The notes beneath the pieces are model-generated. The model ran no database searches, was not told the origin of the DNA, and worked only from the letters and a program-made list of their open reading frames with translations. From a virus (lineage: Duplodnaviria; Caudoviricetes): a stretch of 56,894 nt of DNA. The position numbers were made by a program, and so were the translations under genes. The stretch is from the IMG/VR virus record IMGVR_UViG_3300033144_008156, positions 1-56,894 of that record, one strand, 5' to 3'. Shown in pieces: positions 8,463-18,132 of the stretch (within the stretch, counting starts at the first letter, position 1; each line of letters starts with the position of its first letter).

Positions 8463-11400
8463 ATGGCAAATAAATCTAAATATGGATATAAGGCAAATAG
8501 CCCTGATAGATTTGACCCATATAATATCATTCCAGGAACAGCTCAAGGCACAGATATTACCATGAATGGGGTTCCTCCTGGTACAGACATCTTAGGAATA
8601 GATAATTTAGGAAATAAACAAATCATGACTGAAGGTAATTATACCTTCCCAGGAAGTTCAGTATATGAAGTTCCTTTACCAAAACATCAATCCCCAAATA
8701 CTGGAATAGATTACGGTAATGCTTACATGCAAGCTACCCAAAATTATAATGATGAATTAGCAAGAGTTCAAGGAGTAAATACTAAAACCTTAGATCTGGC
8801 TAGATCAGCAGTTGCAAATGAAAGAGACTTTACTAGGGGGTTAACAGAAAGCCCAAGAGATATAGCAGGAAAAGAATCTGTTGATACATATGGAGATGTA
8901 AAAGACGGTACTCATTATGGGATTCCCGGGTATTTTAAAACTGCAGAAGGAAAGTATGGATGCTATGGAGATAGTTGTATAACTGCAGCTACTACCATAA
9001 AAAAAGAAGCAGGTGCCACTTCTCTTAAAGGAAAACCCTCTAGAATTACTACAGGAAATGAAACTTTTGCTGGTAGGGCCGTAAATGAAGGATATGAAAA
9101 AGTATCCAAAGCTCAGCCAGGAGACATCGTTCAATTTGGAATTCCTGGAAGACATGCTGTAATTAAAGGAGAAGGGGACGATGTTTATTATGATCCAGGA
9201 TTATATACATCAGAGGCCCCCTATACAAAAGATAGCTATTCAAACTATATGAAATCTTATGGAAATGAAGCAAGTTTCTATAGATATGTCGGAAAATTAA
9301 AAGAACTAGAGGCAGCTCAACTTGCTGCTAGTCGTGCAATGTCTACTAACACACAACCAATGCCTACTATGCCTATTAAATCAAATATGCCCCAATCTTC
9401 AGATTACTCTCCTATAAGTCCTACTGCATCTATTCCTGAACTTTCAGCATATAGGTCGAGAAAAGGACCTTTTAAAAGACTACAAAAAGGAGGAGATTTA
9501 CCTATGTATCAATCTTCTGGTATATCTATTCCTATTGGAAAAGGAGCAAATAAAGGAACTCTTCGACAGAAAGAATCCTCCTTAATGGAAAGTATAGGAG
9601 ACTATTTTGGAGTAAATAAACCCCAAAGATATGATGTTCCCAGACTTAACTTAGAAACTGGAAAGTGGGAAGACCAGCCTTATTTCACATCTCGTAAAAA
9701 AGAATTTCAAAGAACAGGACTAGAACCTACATTTACATTTACATCTGCAGGAGGACCAGGTGTGGGAAGTAGATGGTATTTTCCATATTCTGATCCTATA
9801 GGACTAGGATGGGAGACTGATATAGACCCTACGGGACCTGGATTTGGGCCTTTAGTAGCCAATAGTCTAATGAAAAGAGGGACAGACTATATAGGTAGAA
9901 AATTCGGAGGAGATAATTGGTATAATGCTCCAGGAAATTTCTTTAAAGACATGAACTGGCCTCCTGGATATACATATGGGGGAATAGAATGGGCAGGAAA
10001 CTTACCTGCTCCCTTTATAGGAGCTACAGTTACAATGGATGATACTGAGAGATTGCAGCATTGGTTAGATCTTCCAGAACATGAAACAAAGAAAAAAGGG
10101 GCTTCTGCTTTTATGCATGGATTGGGACCTGGATTATATGGATGGAATAAAGGACCTACAATAGGAGGAAGATTTCAAGTAACTAATCCTTTTAACCCTG
10201 TGGGAAAACCTTTATGGCAATCTCCTGATTTCTTCGGAGGAAGAAGACTCCATAATCCTATTAGTGGTACAGGAGAAGGTATAGGAGGAAGAATGGGATT
10301 AAGAGGAGGGAATATAATCCCAAAATGGGAAATGCCTGGATTCACAAGATATCTAAATCCCTTTAGCAAATTTAAGGAACCTATTGAAGCGTCAGTTAGA
10401 GGGGGATTTGCAGATATTCTAAGCGAAACTAAAGAAGGGGCAAAAGAGCTAATGAAAGAGAATAAAAATCTTTCAAAAGCAAATGCAATGAAAAAGGCAT
10501 ATACAGATATAACTGGAAAATTTGATTTTAGTCCAGAATCAAAAAGTAAAATGTTTAGAAATAGAATATCTCAGACAGGTGTTCCAAAAGTATTGGATAA
10601 AGCAGGAGAGGCTTTATATGGCACAGAAGGAGCAGCAGCATATCAGAAAGGAAGTAAGAATACATTAGCTAATTGGATGAGAAATGCTAAATTAAATTAC
10701 GGTAAAGTAATTAATCATCCTTGGGTATGGAAAGGATTAGCAAGAGGTTTAATGCTTCCTGATGCCGCTAATCTTGTAGAAGGAGCAATGCATAAAGAGG
10801 GAGAACCTGTAAAAGACTGGTGGAGATACTTTAATGAAGATCAATTTGGATTAAATGATCCTGACTTACAATCCTCTGCCCATTTAGGAGCATATAGCGG
10901 AGTTCAAGAATGGTTTAATAGAAAAGACCCTGTTACAGGAGCAAAAACTAGAGAAACTCCTGAAGAAAGAATACACAAAACTGCTTCTTCTGTATATGAT
11001 AAAGAATTTAAAAAGAAACATGGAAGTACAGAAAAACAAATAGCAGATAAGTATAAAGGAAAAGGAGATGTATATTACGACAAAGATGGAAAAATTTATA
11101 AAATACCAAAAGACACAAAATTAGAATTCCCTGGCCAGTGGGAGAGAGATAAGAGACAAAGGGATAAAAAAGAGTTTCAATGGCAAGCAGCTCTTAAATT
11201 AGATAGTGGCAAATATGTTGACTTATGGACTTACGACCCTAGATTACTAGAAGAGGCAGGAGAAAAAGCTCCAGAGATAACTGGAAAGAAAATAGCAAAA
11301 GATAAGGCAGCATATGATAAAGAACAATATATAAAGAAACAAATGTGGAAAGCTAAAAATCCACTTGTTGGATCTAAACTTAAAAAAGGAGGAAATCTTC

Positions 11401-13619
11401 CTACAAATTCAAATACTATGGCACGAAAAAAGAAATTACCTAGGTATCAAAGTACAAACAATGATCTTGCTCCTTGGATGACACAAGGACTAGGAGAAAA
11501 TGCCATGTATGATACAAGTCTTCAAGGATCAGATTATAATTTTGAAGCTACCCCCTATGCAGATGCCTTAGGTAGTGCAGAAGGAGGAGGAGGGGGAGGT
11601 GGAATGCCTTGGATGAGCTTGATTAATTCTGCCATAGGAGCAGGAACTTCAATGTACGCAGCTAACCAGTTATCAAAAAATGTTGAACAACCTAAGCCAC
11701 AAATTCCTTATATGGATTTATGGAGAGACCAACAAAAGATGTTAGAAGGTAGAAGATCTAAGAGTGCTTATAATACAGACTATCCTACAGCAAGTGCCTT
11801 AGGATTTCTTCCCTCTTCTTCAACTTCTCCATTATATGCTGAAAAAGGAGGTAAATTGCCTATGTATCAAAGTCCTTCAAATTATCTTCCTGATCCTTTT
11901 ATTAATGCTGAAATAGAATTAACACCCGGAAAGTGGGATGTTCCCTCAAGTGGATTTTTAAATGACCCCTCCCTACATATAGGAAAACAATCAGGAGGTG
12001 TAGGTGCCCCTTCTAATTCTGAAGAGGATAGATTGAATGCAATACAAAATGCTTTAAGAACAGCAAACGCATTAAGAAGTATACAACACCCAGATCAAGT
12101 TAAATTTAATAGACTAAAAGAAGAACAGAGCAGGAATAGGAAAGGGTATAAAAGAGGAGGGAATCTGCCTAGATATCAATCTTCTATGGAGCCAACATCT
12201 TCAGGAGGACCTGTTGCTCGTCCAAACTTTACTTCTGCAGGAGGGCCGGGGATTGGGGCCACAATAGAAAGAATGAATAAAGAACTTAACCTTTATAACT
12301 CTGATGATGCATATAAATTGGTAAAGCCTAGATTCTCAAATATGCATCCTGTGCAAAAAGCAATGATGCTTAAAACAGCTGCAGATAAGGGATGGAATAA
12401 GGTAAAAAAAGCAGCAGAAAATACCCTAAGTCTGGACCCTATGAATAGGATTCTGTTTGAACAACATAATGCATTAGAAAGAGGAGGTAATTTACCTAGA
12501 TATCAATCTTCTAATAGAGGAATTTCAACAAAGATAGATGCTACTGGAACTAACATACATGTGCCTGAAACTATTAATTTATCTCCATATGATGAAGAAT
12601 CTAATTCAAAAATAGATGCAAGAGCAAAAGATAAGGCAGCAGGTCTTGGACCGTTGACAGATTGGGCTGAAGATTATTTTAGAGATCAGATATTCAAATA
12701 TGCAACAGATAGTGTTGTTCCTTCAGGATGGGACAGAAATAAGTATTTTCATGATAATAGAGAGGGAAATTGGAGAAAATGGAAAGGTCCAAGAGATGTC
12801 ACCCATAATGTTGACCGTTCTTGGTTCACCAAGAAGGACAGAGATGAAGCTTCTTTAAAAAGACGAGAGCCACCATACAATCCCCAATCAATAAAAATGA
12901 AACAACAAGGGGGTAATTTGCCTAAATACCAAAGTACAGGGCAGGAATTTCAAACAGCACCTCAAACCTTATATCAAGCAAATACAGCATATGATCCTTT
13001 TAATCAAGGAAAGCCCCAATCTGTACAGGTAGGTCCTCGCACACAAAATGCATTTTGGGATAACTATGCAACCCATGATTGGGGAAAAGATTCTGATATA
13101 GCTCATCAACAATATGGAAATAGAATTGCTCCGGGATCTTTTGGAAGAGATATGAGATTTGCATATGAAGATGACACACAAGAGCCTCAACCAGGGGAAA
13201 GATCATATGGTATGGATGCTAGTAGATTTGATTGGGGCAACCTTCCTACATATGAGCCTTCTAATACTGATGGAGACCCTAATCAAAATGACTATACTAT
13301 TCCAAGTGCTTTTGGGCCTATGGCACAAAGAGGAGGTTATTTACCTCGATATCAAAATTCAAATACTGCAATGAGTGGTCCAAATGCTGAAATAGAAAAT
13401 TTGGAAGTAGTAGAATCACCTGGAAGACCTGCAGTACCTACAAATGGAGGATCATTGGTAGACCTTGCAGATGGTTATCAATTAGCTGTAGGAAATACCC
13501 ACGAAGAAGGTGGGATAGATGTAAATGCTAAGGGAGGATTTGTATACTCAGATACTCTTAAAATAGAAGATACTTCTGATGGAAAAGATCTTTTAGAATC
13601 ACTTAAAATTTTAACATAA
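8463..13619 (+). CDS. Large virion cargo/ejection protein; modular, with an NlpC/P60-like domain and repeated GGxLPxYQS motifs
   Basis: 1718 aa, directly downstream of the muzzle gene. Rich in Gly/Pro/Gln; C-terminal NAEIE...GNTHEEGG...VYSDTLK module; only two Cys, both in the NlpC/P60-like part. Confidence 0.7.
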   Translation: MANKSKYGYKANSPDRFDPYNIIPGTAQGTDITMNGVPPGTDILGIDNLGNKQIMTEGNYTFPGSSVYEVPLPKHQSPNTGIDYGNAYMQATQNYNDELARVQGVNTKTLDLARSAVANERDFTRGLTESPRDIAGKESVDTYGDVKDGTHYGIPGYFKTAEGKYGCYGDSCITAATTIKKEAGATSLKGKPSRITTGNETFAGRAVNEGYEKVSKAQPGDIVQFGIPGRHAVIKGEGDDVYYDPGLYTSEAPYTKDSYSNYMKSYGNEASFYRYVGKLKELEAAQLAASRAMSTNTQPMPTMPIKSNMPQSSDYSPISPTASIPELSAYRSRKGPFKRLQKGGDLPMYQSSGISIPIGKGANKGTLRQKESSLMESIGDYFGVNKPQRYDVPRLNLETGKWEDQPYFTSRKKEFQRTGLEPTFTFTSAGGPGVGSRWYFPYSDPIGLGWETDIDPTGPGFGPLVANSLMKRGTDYIGRKFGGDNWYNAPGNFFKDMNWPPGYTYGGIEWAGNLPAPFIGATVTMDDTERLQHWLDLPEHETKKKGASAFMHGLGPGLYGWNKGPTIGGRFQVTNPFNPVGKPLWQSPDFFGGRRLHNPISGTGEGIGGRMGLRGGNIIPKWEMPGFTRYLNPFSKFKEPIEASVRGGFADILSETKEGAKELMKENKNLSKANAMKKAYTDITGKFDFSPESKSKMFRNRISQTGVPKVLDKAGEALYGTEGAAAYQKGSKNTLANWMRNAKLNYGKVINHPWVWKGLARGLMLPDAANLVEGAMHKEGEPVKDWWRYFNEDQFGLNDPDLQSSAHLGAYSGVQEWFNRKDPVTGAKTRETPEERIHKTASSVYDKEFKKKHGSTEKQIADKYKGKGDVYYDKDGKIYKIPKDTKLEFPGQWERDKRQRDKKEFQWQAALKLDSGKYVDLWTYDPRLLEEAGEKAPEITGKKIAKDKAAYDKEQYIKKQMWKAKNPLVGSKLKKGGNLPTNSNTMARKKKLPRYQSTNNDLAPWMTQGLGENAMYDTSLQGSDYNFEATPYADALGSAEGGGGGGGMPWMSLINSAIGAGTSMYAANQLSKNVEQPKPQIPYMDLWRDQQKMLEGRRSKSAYNTDYPTASALGFLPSSSTSPLYAEKGGKLPMYQSPSNYLPDPFINAEIELTPGKWDVPSSGFLNDPSLHIGKQSGGVGAPSNSEEDRLNAIQNALRTANALRSIQHPDQVKFNRLKEEQSRNRKGYKRGGNLPRYQSSMEPTSSGGPVARPNFTSAGGPGIGATIERMNKELNLYNSDDAYKLVKPRFSNMHPVQKAMMLKTAADKGWNKVKKAAENTLSLDPMNRILFEQHNALERGGNLPRYQSSNRGISTKIDATGTNIHVPETINLSPYDEESNSKIDARAKDKAAGLGPLTDWAEDYFRDQIFKYATDSVVPSGWDRNKYFHDNREGNWRKWKGPRDVTHNVDRSWFTKKDRDEASLKRREPPYNPQSIKMKQQGGNLPKYQSTGQEFQTAPQTLYQANTAYDPFNQGKPQSVQVGPRTQNAFWDNYATHDWGKDSDIAHQQYGNRIAPGSFGRDMRFAYEDDTQEPQPGERSYGMDASRFDWGNLPTYEPSNTDGDPNQNDYTIPSAFGPMAQRGGYLPRYQNSNTAMSGPNAEIENLEVVESPGRPAVPTNGGSLVDLADGYQLAVGNTHEEGGIDVNAKGGFVYSDTLKIEDTSDGKDLLESLKILT

Positions 13620-15670
13620 TGGCAACAACATACGCAGAAATAGCACAAAAACTAGCTACAAAAAAAGGACAGGCAGAAGAGGAGTTAAAAACAACTAACG
13701 AGCCTACAAAAAAAGCTAGCTTAAAATTGTTGATACAGAAAATAACAGCAGCTCTTCAAAAGCTAAAAGATTCTCAAAAGATGCATCCTGAAGCTGAAGA
13801 TCCTACAGCTCAAATGCAGGGGGGACAACAGCAAATGCCTCAGCAAATGCCTATGCCTCAGCAACAAATGGCACAACAACAAGTTCCTCAGCAACAGATG
13901 CCTATGCCTCAACCAGGAATGCAACAACAGATGCAACAACCAATGGGGTATGCTAAAACTGGAGGACACTTACCTCAATATCAAAGTACTAGGCATGGAT
14001 TACCATATGACCACCTATCTCCCTATGAGAACATATCTATGGATTTCCATGCTCAGAACTATGGGGACTATGGTAAGAATATTCATGAAGTATCTGAAGG
14101 AAAAAGCAAATCTTCTCTCTTAAGAAGGAAAGAACCTAATACTAAAAGAAAAACAGCAAAATTCTATTGGGATTTGAATAATGACTTTTATGATGATGCA
14201 TTAACATCTGAGGATTATAGTATTTATGAGAAAGTAAAATATGATAAAGACGGTAATCCAAAAAAAATAAAACAAAGGAAATGGGACTATACTGGTGATA
14301 ATATCCCATGGGATGTAAAAAAAGGAAAGACTATTGCAAAATGGAAGAAAAAAAGAAGTGGGAGAGAAAAATATACAGTATATGACGACACTGAAGGTTA
14401 TACAGAAAAAATTACAGGAAGTTTACCTAAGTATTTTAGTGGAGGAGATGTAGATTGGGGAGAATTTGCTACAGAAACAGGACAAGGAGCATTACAAGGA
14501 GCACCCGGAGGTATATGGGGAGCATTGGGAATGGCAGCAATCAAAGGAGGTTCAAATCTATATTCACAGTATACAATAGGGGGAGCAAAAGAAGAACAAG
14601 AAAAACTTAATGAAACAGCAGCAAAAGAGGAAGAAGCACAAAAAGATAAATATAAAGCTTTAACTCAGTTTATAAAACCTGCAGAACCCACAGATCCTTT
14701 TTATACAGCTAGCTTACCTAAAGGAAAGAGCTGGCAATCTATAGAGAGTGGTAATTTTGCTCCTGCATTAGGTTCTTCCAGTTTTAAAACACCTTTTTAT
14801 CAATCTTCAAGTGGAAATCTTCCTGATCCTGATCCTGACATGACCATTTATGACTATAAGGCAGCAGAAAAAGAAGCACAAAAAGGAGGTAAAAAGAAAA
14901 ATAAGAATAAAAAGCCACCATTAACTCCGGCAGAAAAAGCAGAAAGAGATGCTAAAAGAACAGGGCAATTAGAGGAATTTCTTTATATGATGCAAAAATA
15001 TGGTCCTGTATTTGGAAATTTGGCAATGGCTCAAGATAAAGATAAATATCCCGGATTCTATACTCCTACAGCTCCTTTGAACTATGATACTACTAGAGAA
15101 TATATGGGAGAAGCAGCAGATGCCTTCAGGGAAGGAAGTATGTATAATCCAAGAAATGCTCTGACAGCAGCAGCTCATGCTAAAGATGCAGGTATATACA
15201 ATGCTCAAAATGCAGCATCTCCTTCAGTAGCTCTTGCTTTACAAAATAAAGTAACAGGAGATCATGCAGATAGGCTAGGAGGTATATATGCAGATGCTGA
15301 TAATATAAATGCATCTAGGGCAATGAATAAAGGGCAAGGATTAGCTCAAATAGGCCAACTAGAAGCAGGGCTTGCAGGTCAAGAATATGAGAGACTACAG
15401 AATGCTTATGGTCTAGGAACTAAAGAACAGGCAAATGTATGGAATCAAGGAGCACTATTAGATGCTACTCAACGACAGTTTTATCAGCAAGCATTAATGG
15501 ATCAATCAAAAGGTGCTCAAACAGATAAATTAATGGCAGGAAAAGAATATAATGATCTAATAAGAGCAGGATTATTAGGATCTATGTTCCCTAATTATAG
15601 TTATGATGCAAATAATCCTTTGGGAGGAATTTCATTTACTGACTATGCATCAGGAGTATCTGATACTTAA
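13619..15670 (+). CDS. Virion cargo/ejection protein
   Basis: 683 aa, TAATG-coupled to the upstream gene. Has a Q/M/P tract, GGHLPQYQS, a Gly-rich hydrophobic segment and an Ala/Gln-rich C-terminus; no Cys. Confidence 0.7.
   Translation: MATTYAEIAQKLATKKGQAEEELKTTNEPTKKASLKLLIQKITAALQKLKDSQKMHPEAEDPTAQMQGGQQQMPQQMPMPQQQMAQQQVPQQQMPMPQPGMQQQMQQPMGYAKTGGHLPQYQSTRHGLPYDHLSPYENISMDFHAQNYGDYGKNIHEVSEGKSKSSLLRRKEPNTKRKTAKFYWDLNNDFYDDALTSEDYSIYEKVKYDKDGNPKKIKQRKWDYTGDNIPWDVKKGKTIAKWKKKRSGREKYTVYDDTEGYTEKITGSLPKYFSGGDVDWGEFATETGQGALQGAPGGIWGALGMAAIKGGSNLYSQYTIGGAKEEQEKLNETAAKEEEAQKDKYKALTQFIKPAEPTDPFYTASLPKGKSWQSIESGNFAPALGSSSFKTPFYQSSSGNLPDPDPDMTIYDYKAAEKEAQKGGKKKNKNKKPPLTPAEKAERDAKRTGQLEEFLYMMQKYGPVFGNLAMAQDKDKYPGFYTPTAPLNYDTTREYMGEAADAFREGSMYNPRNALTAAAHAKDAGIYNAQNAASPSVALALQNKVTGDHADRLGGIYADADNINASRAMNKGQGLAQIGQLEAGLAGQEYERLQNAYGLGTKEQANVWNQGALLDATQRQFYQQALMDQSKGAQTDKLMAGKEYNDLIRAGLLGSMFPNYSYDANNPLGGISFTDYASGVSDT
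13810..13947 (+). repeat. Low-complexity Gln/Met/Pro coding repeat
   Basis: QMQGGQQQMPQQMPMPQQQMAQQQVPQQQMPMPQPGMQQQMQQPMG, encoded by degenerate cagcaaatgcct repeats. Confidence 0.9.
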
Positions 15671-15681
15671 AATATAAAGAC

Positions 15682-18132
15682 ATGGCGATAAATATATATG
15701 ATAGGCCTATGCAGGCTGAATTTATGGACACTTATACTCCTATGCCTTATCAAGAGATATTGCAGGCAATGAATATGCGGCAACAGCAGCATGACAAAGG
15801 AGTAGCATTAGAAGAAGACCTACAAGATACATTATTTAAAGTCCAAGCTCTTCAACAAGATAAAGCTAAAAGAAATTTAAAGCAGGACGAGTATGAAAAT
15901 GCCATAAGTGATAAAGTAGCAAGCTATGGAGGAGAATATGCAAGATTAATTCCTTTTATTAATGAACAGCGAAAGAAATTGCATAAAGATATGACAAGAG
16001 GAGATTTTGCAGCCATGGAAAAAAGTCATGATAAAGGAATGAAGTATCTGGAGAGAATGGAAAAACTTTATGATAAAGGAAAAATAGATAAAGATTTAAA
16101 ACAATTTCTCGAAGCACAGTCTTTTTCAGAATATTCAGGAATAGGGGAAATGCAGGCAGATGGTAGTTATAATATTTTTAGTGGGCAAGACCCTGCTATG
16201 TTAAAGGAAAGTCTAGCAGACCAAGCAATGAAGGCCATAAAGGGATGGGGAGTAGATGAGCGTAGAATGGACTATGACAAAGTTTATAAGAGAGGTCCCA
16301 AAACTAAAGAACATCCAGAAGGTCAATTAATTCTAGACGCTAATGGTCAGCCCCAGCCAGTTTTTTACAATTTTAGGCAGAAAAGATATGTATCTGACCA
16401 AGAAGTATATGATTCATTATTCCAGAGCCTAGCTTCTGAACCAGGAAATAGGTTATACACTCAACAAAGAGCAGAGATGCAAAGTTATGGCTTAGAACCT
16501 GAAGATTTAAAGATGACTACAATGGAAGAAGGGCCTGACGGTAAAATGGTACCTACAGTGTCATTAGCAGACAGCCCTGAGGAATGGGAAAATTGGAAAA
16601 TAAATAAAATGTTCCACGATGCTATTGCCCCAGCAGCTAATAAAGCAGGATTTGTACAATATAAAAATAAATACCAAAAAGATTGGGAAGCTGCAGCTGC
16701 ATATAAAGATCAACTAAAAATACCTATTTCTCCCGACATTACTACACTATTAGATGCACTTCAATTTGAAGGAGTTGCAGGAGGAAGTCAGAAAAAACTA
16801 GATGAAAATATAGATGCTTATCAAACAGCTGCAGATAACATAATAGGAGATTTAGATTCATATAGTCTTCTAAAGGGTATTCCAGCTCGTGCAAATTCTA
16901 CTAGTGATGCTGAGTATTTCAAAGCTTTAAAAGAATCTCCTAACATAGATATAGATTTAGTTAATCAGAAGGAACAGGCCTACTATGGAAATCTCAGAAA
17001 GATTTCAATAGCCGAGAAGAAAAGAGAAGAAGCAATAGGATGGGTAGAAAAAAACAATCCTGGGCAGAAAGCTATAAAAGATATGTACGGGCATTGGAAT
17101 CCTTATGCTCTCACAGGATTAGTAGTAGATGAGGAAGCAGCACAATTAGGTACTGCACATTCTGTTGAATATGGACTTCAACAAACAAATAAAGAACCTT
17201 CACAAGGAACAGAAGACCCTAATCATTTCTTACACTCAGATCCTAAAGTAGCAGCATTTGTGGAGACCTTAGATGGTCGTATCCCTACTTTAAAAGAAGT
17301 TATAATGGGAATAAATCCAAATGCCACTGAGGAGAATTGGATGGAAGAAGCTCGAAAAATAAAAGAGGCGTATGACTTTAGAAATACTGGAATAGATGAC
17401 TATATGGATGCTACAGATTTTGTAGCTGTAGATGCTACAACAGGGTATGATTTACCAGGAGGAGATGATAGTCCAGAAGCCCAAAAAATGAGAGCTCAAA
17501 CTAGAGAAATAGTGGAGGGAATGGCAGCAAATCCGGCTAACTGGGCTACTTATCCTATATTAGCAGCAGGAGAAGATGCAGAATTCCAAGGAACAACTCT
17601 TAAGCAAATGAATGAGGGATGGGGAGCTTTCTCCAAAAATGATGTCAGATGGGAAAAAGTAGGAGACAAAGCTCAAAACTTATTTATTGATGGGCCCAAT
17701 GTACAACTTACTAGGGATCAAATGCCTGATGGACTCCGATACTGGATGATTCCTGGTACATTAGATGGTAAACCTATAAAATTCATGGTTGATGAGAAAG
17801 CTTTTCATACTCCAGGAATGAAACAATTACAACAAACAGGACTCTATAGAGCAAATGAAATATATCAAGCAGCCCATAGAGAAGGATTAGATAATTGGAA
17901 AGTAGAACATGTTCCAGAATTAGAAGGATTTAGTGTTTACTTTAGATATACAGAACCTATGTCTGCATATAGTCCAGATTATACAAAAGGAGAAGTTAAA
18001 AAAGAAGTAATAATAGACGGTAAAGTTTATGGAGGAAATAAAGGACTTAGCGTAGTAGGGAGCATGATAGATCTGCATAAACAAGGATACAGTGCTGCTG
18101 ATATAAAAACTTTCATGAAAGATTTAAAATAA
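15682..18132 (+). CDS. Virion cargo/ejection protein (helical N-terminus)
   Basis: 816 aa, Cys-free. N-terminal YTPMPYQEIL.A...QQQHD resembles crAss-type cargo proteins preceding the giant genes. Confidence 0.65.
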   Translation: MAINIYDRPMQAEFMDTYTPMPYQEILQAMNMRQQQHDKGVALEEDLQDTLFKVQALQQDKAKRNLKQDEYENAISDKVASYGGEYARLIPFINEQRKKLHKDMTRGDFAAMEKSHDKGMKYLERMEKLYDKGKIDKDLKQFLEAQSFSEYSGIGEMQADGSYNIFSGQDPAMLKESLADQAMKAIKGWGVDERRMDYDKVYKRGPKTKEHPEGQLILDANGQPQPVFYNFRQKRYVSDQEVYDSLFQSLASEPGNRLYTQQRAEMQSYGLEPEDLKMTTMEEGPDGKMVPTVSLADSPEEWENWKINKMFHDAIAPAANKAGFVQYKNKYQKDWEAAAAYKDQLKIPISPDITTLLDALQFEGVAGGSQKKLDENIDAYQTAADNIIGDLDSYSLLKGIPARANSTSDAEYFKALKESPNIDIDLVNQKEQAYYGNLRKISIAEKKREEAIGWVEKNNPGQKAIKDMYGHWNPYALTGLVVDEEAAQLGTAHSVEYGLQQTNKEPSQGTEDPNHFLHSDPKVAAFVETLDGRIPTLKEVIMGINPNATEENWMEEARKIKEAYDFRNTGIDDYMDATDFVAVDATTGYDLPGGDDSPEAQKMRAQTREIVEGMAANPANWATYPILAAGEDAEFQGTTLKQMNEGWGAFSKNDVRWEKVGDKAQNLFIDGPNVQLTRDQMPDGLRYWMIPGTLDGKPIKFMVDEKAFHTPGMKQLQQTGLYRANEIYQAAHREGLDNWKVEHVPELEGFSVYFRYTEPMSAYSPDYTKGEVKKEVIIDGKVYGGNKGLSVVGSMIDLHKQGYSAADIKTFMKDLK

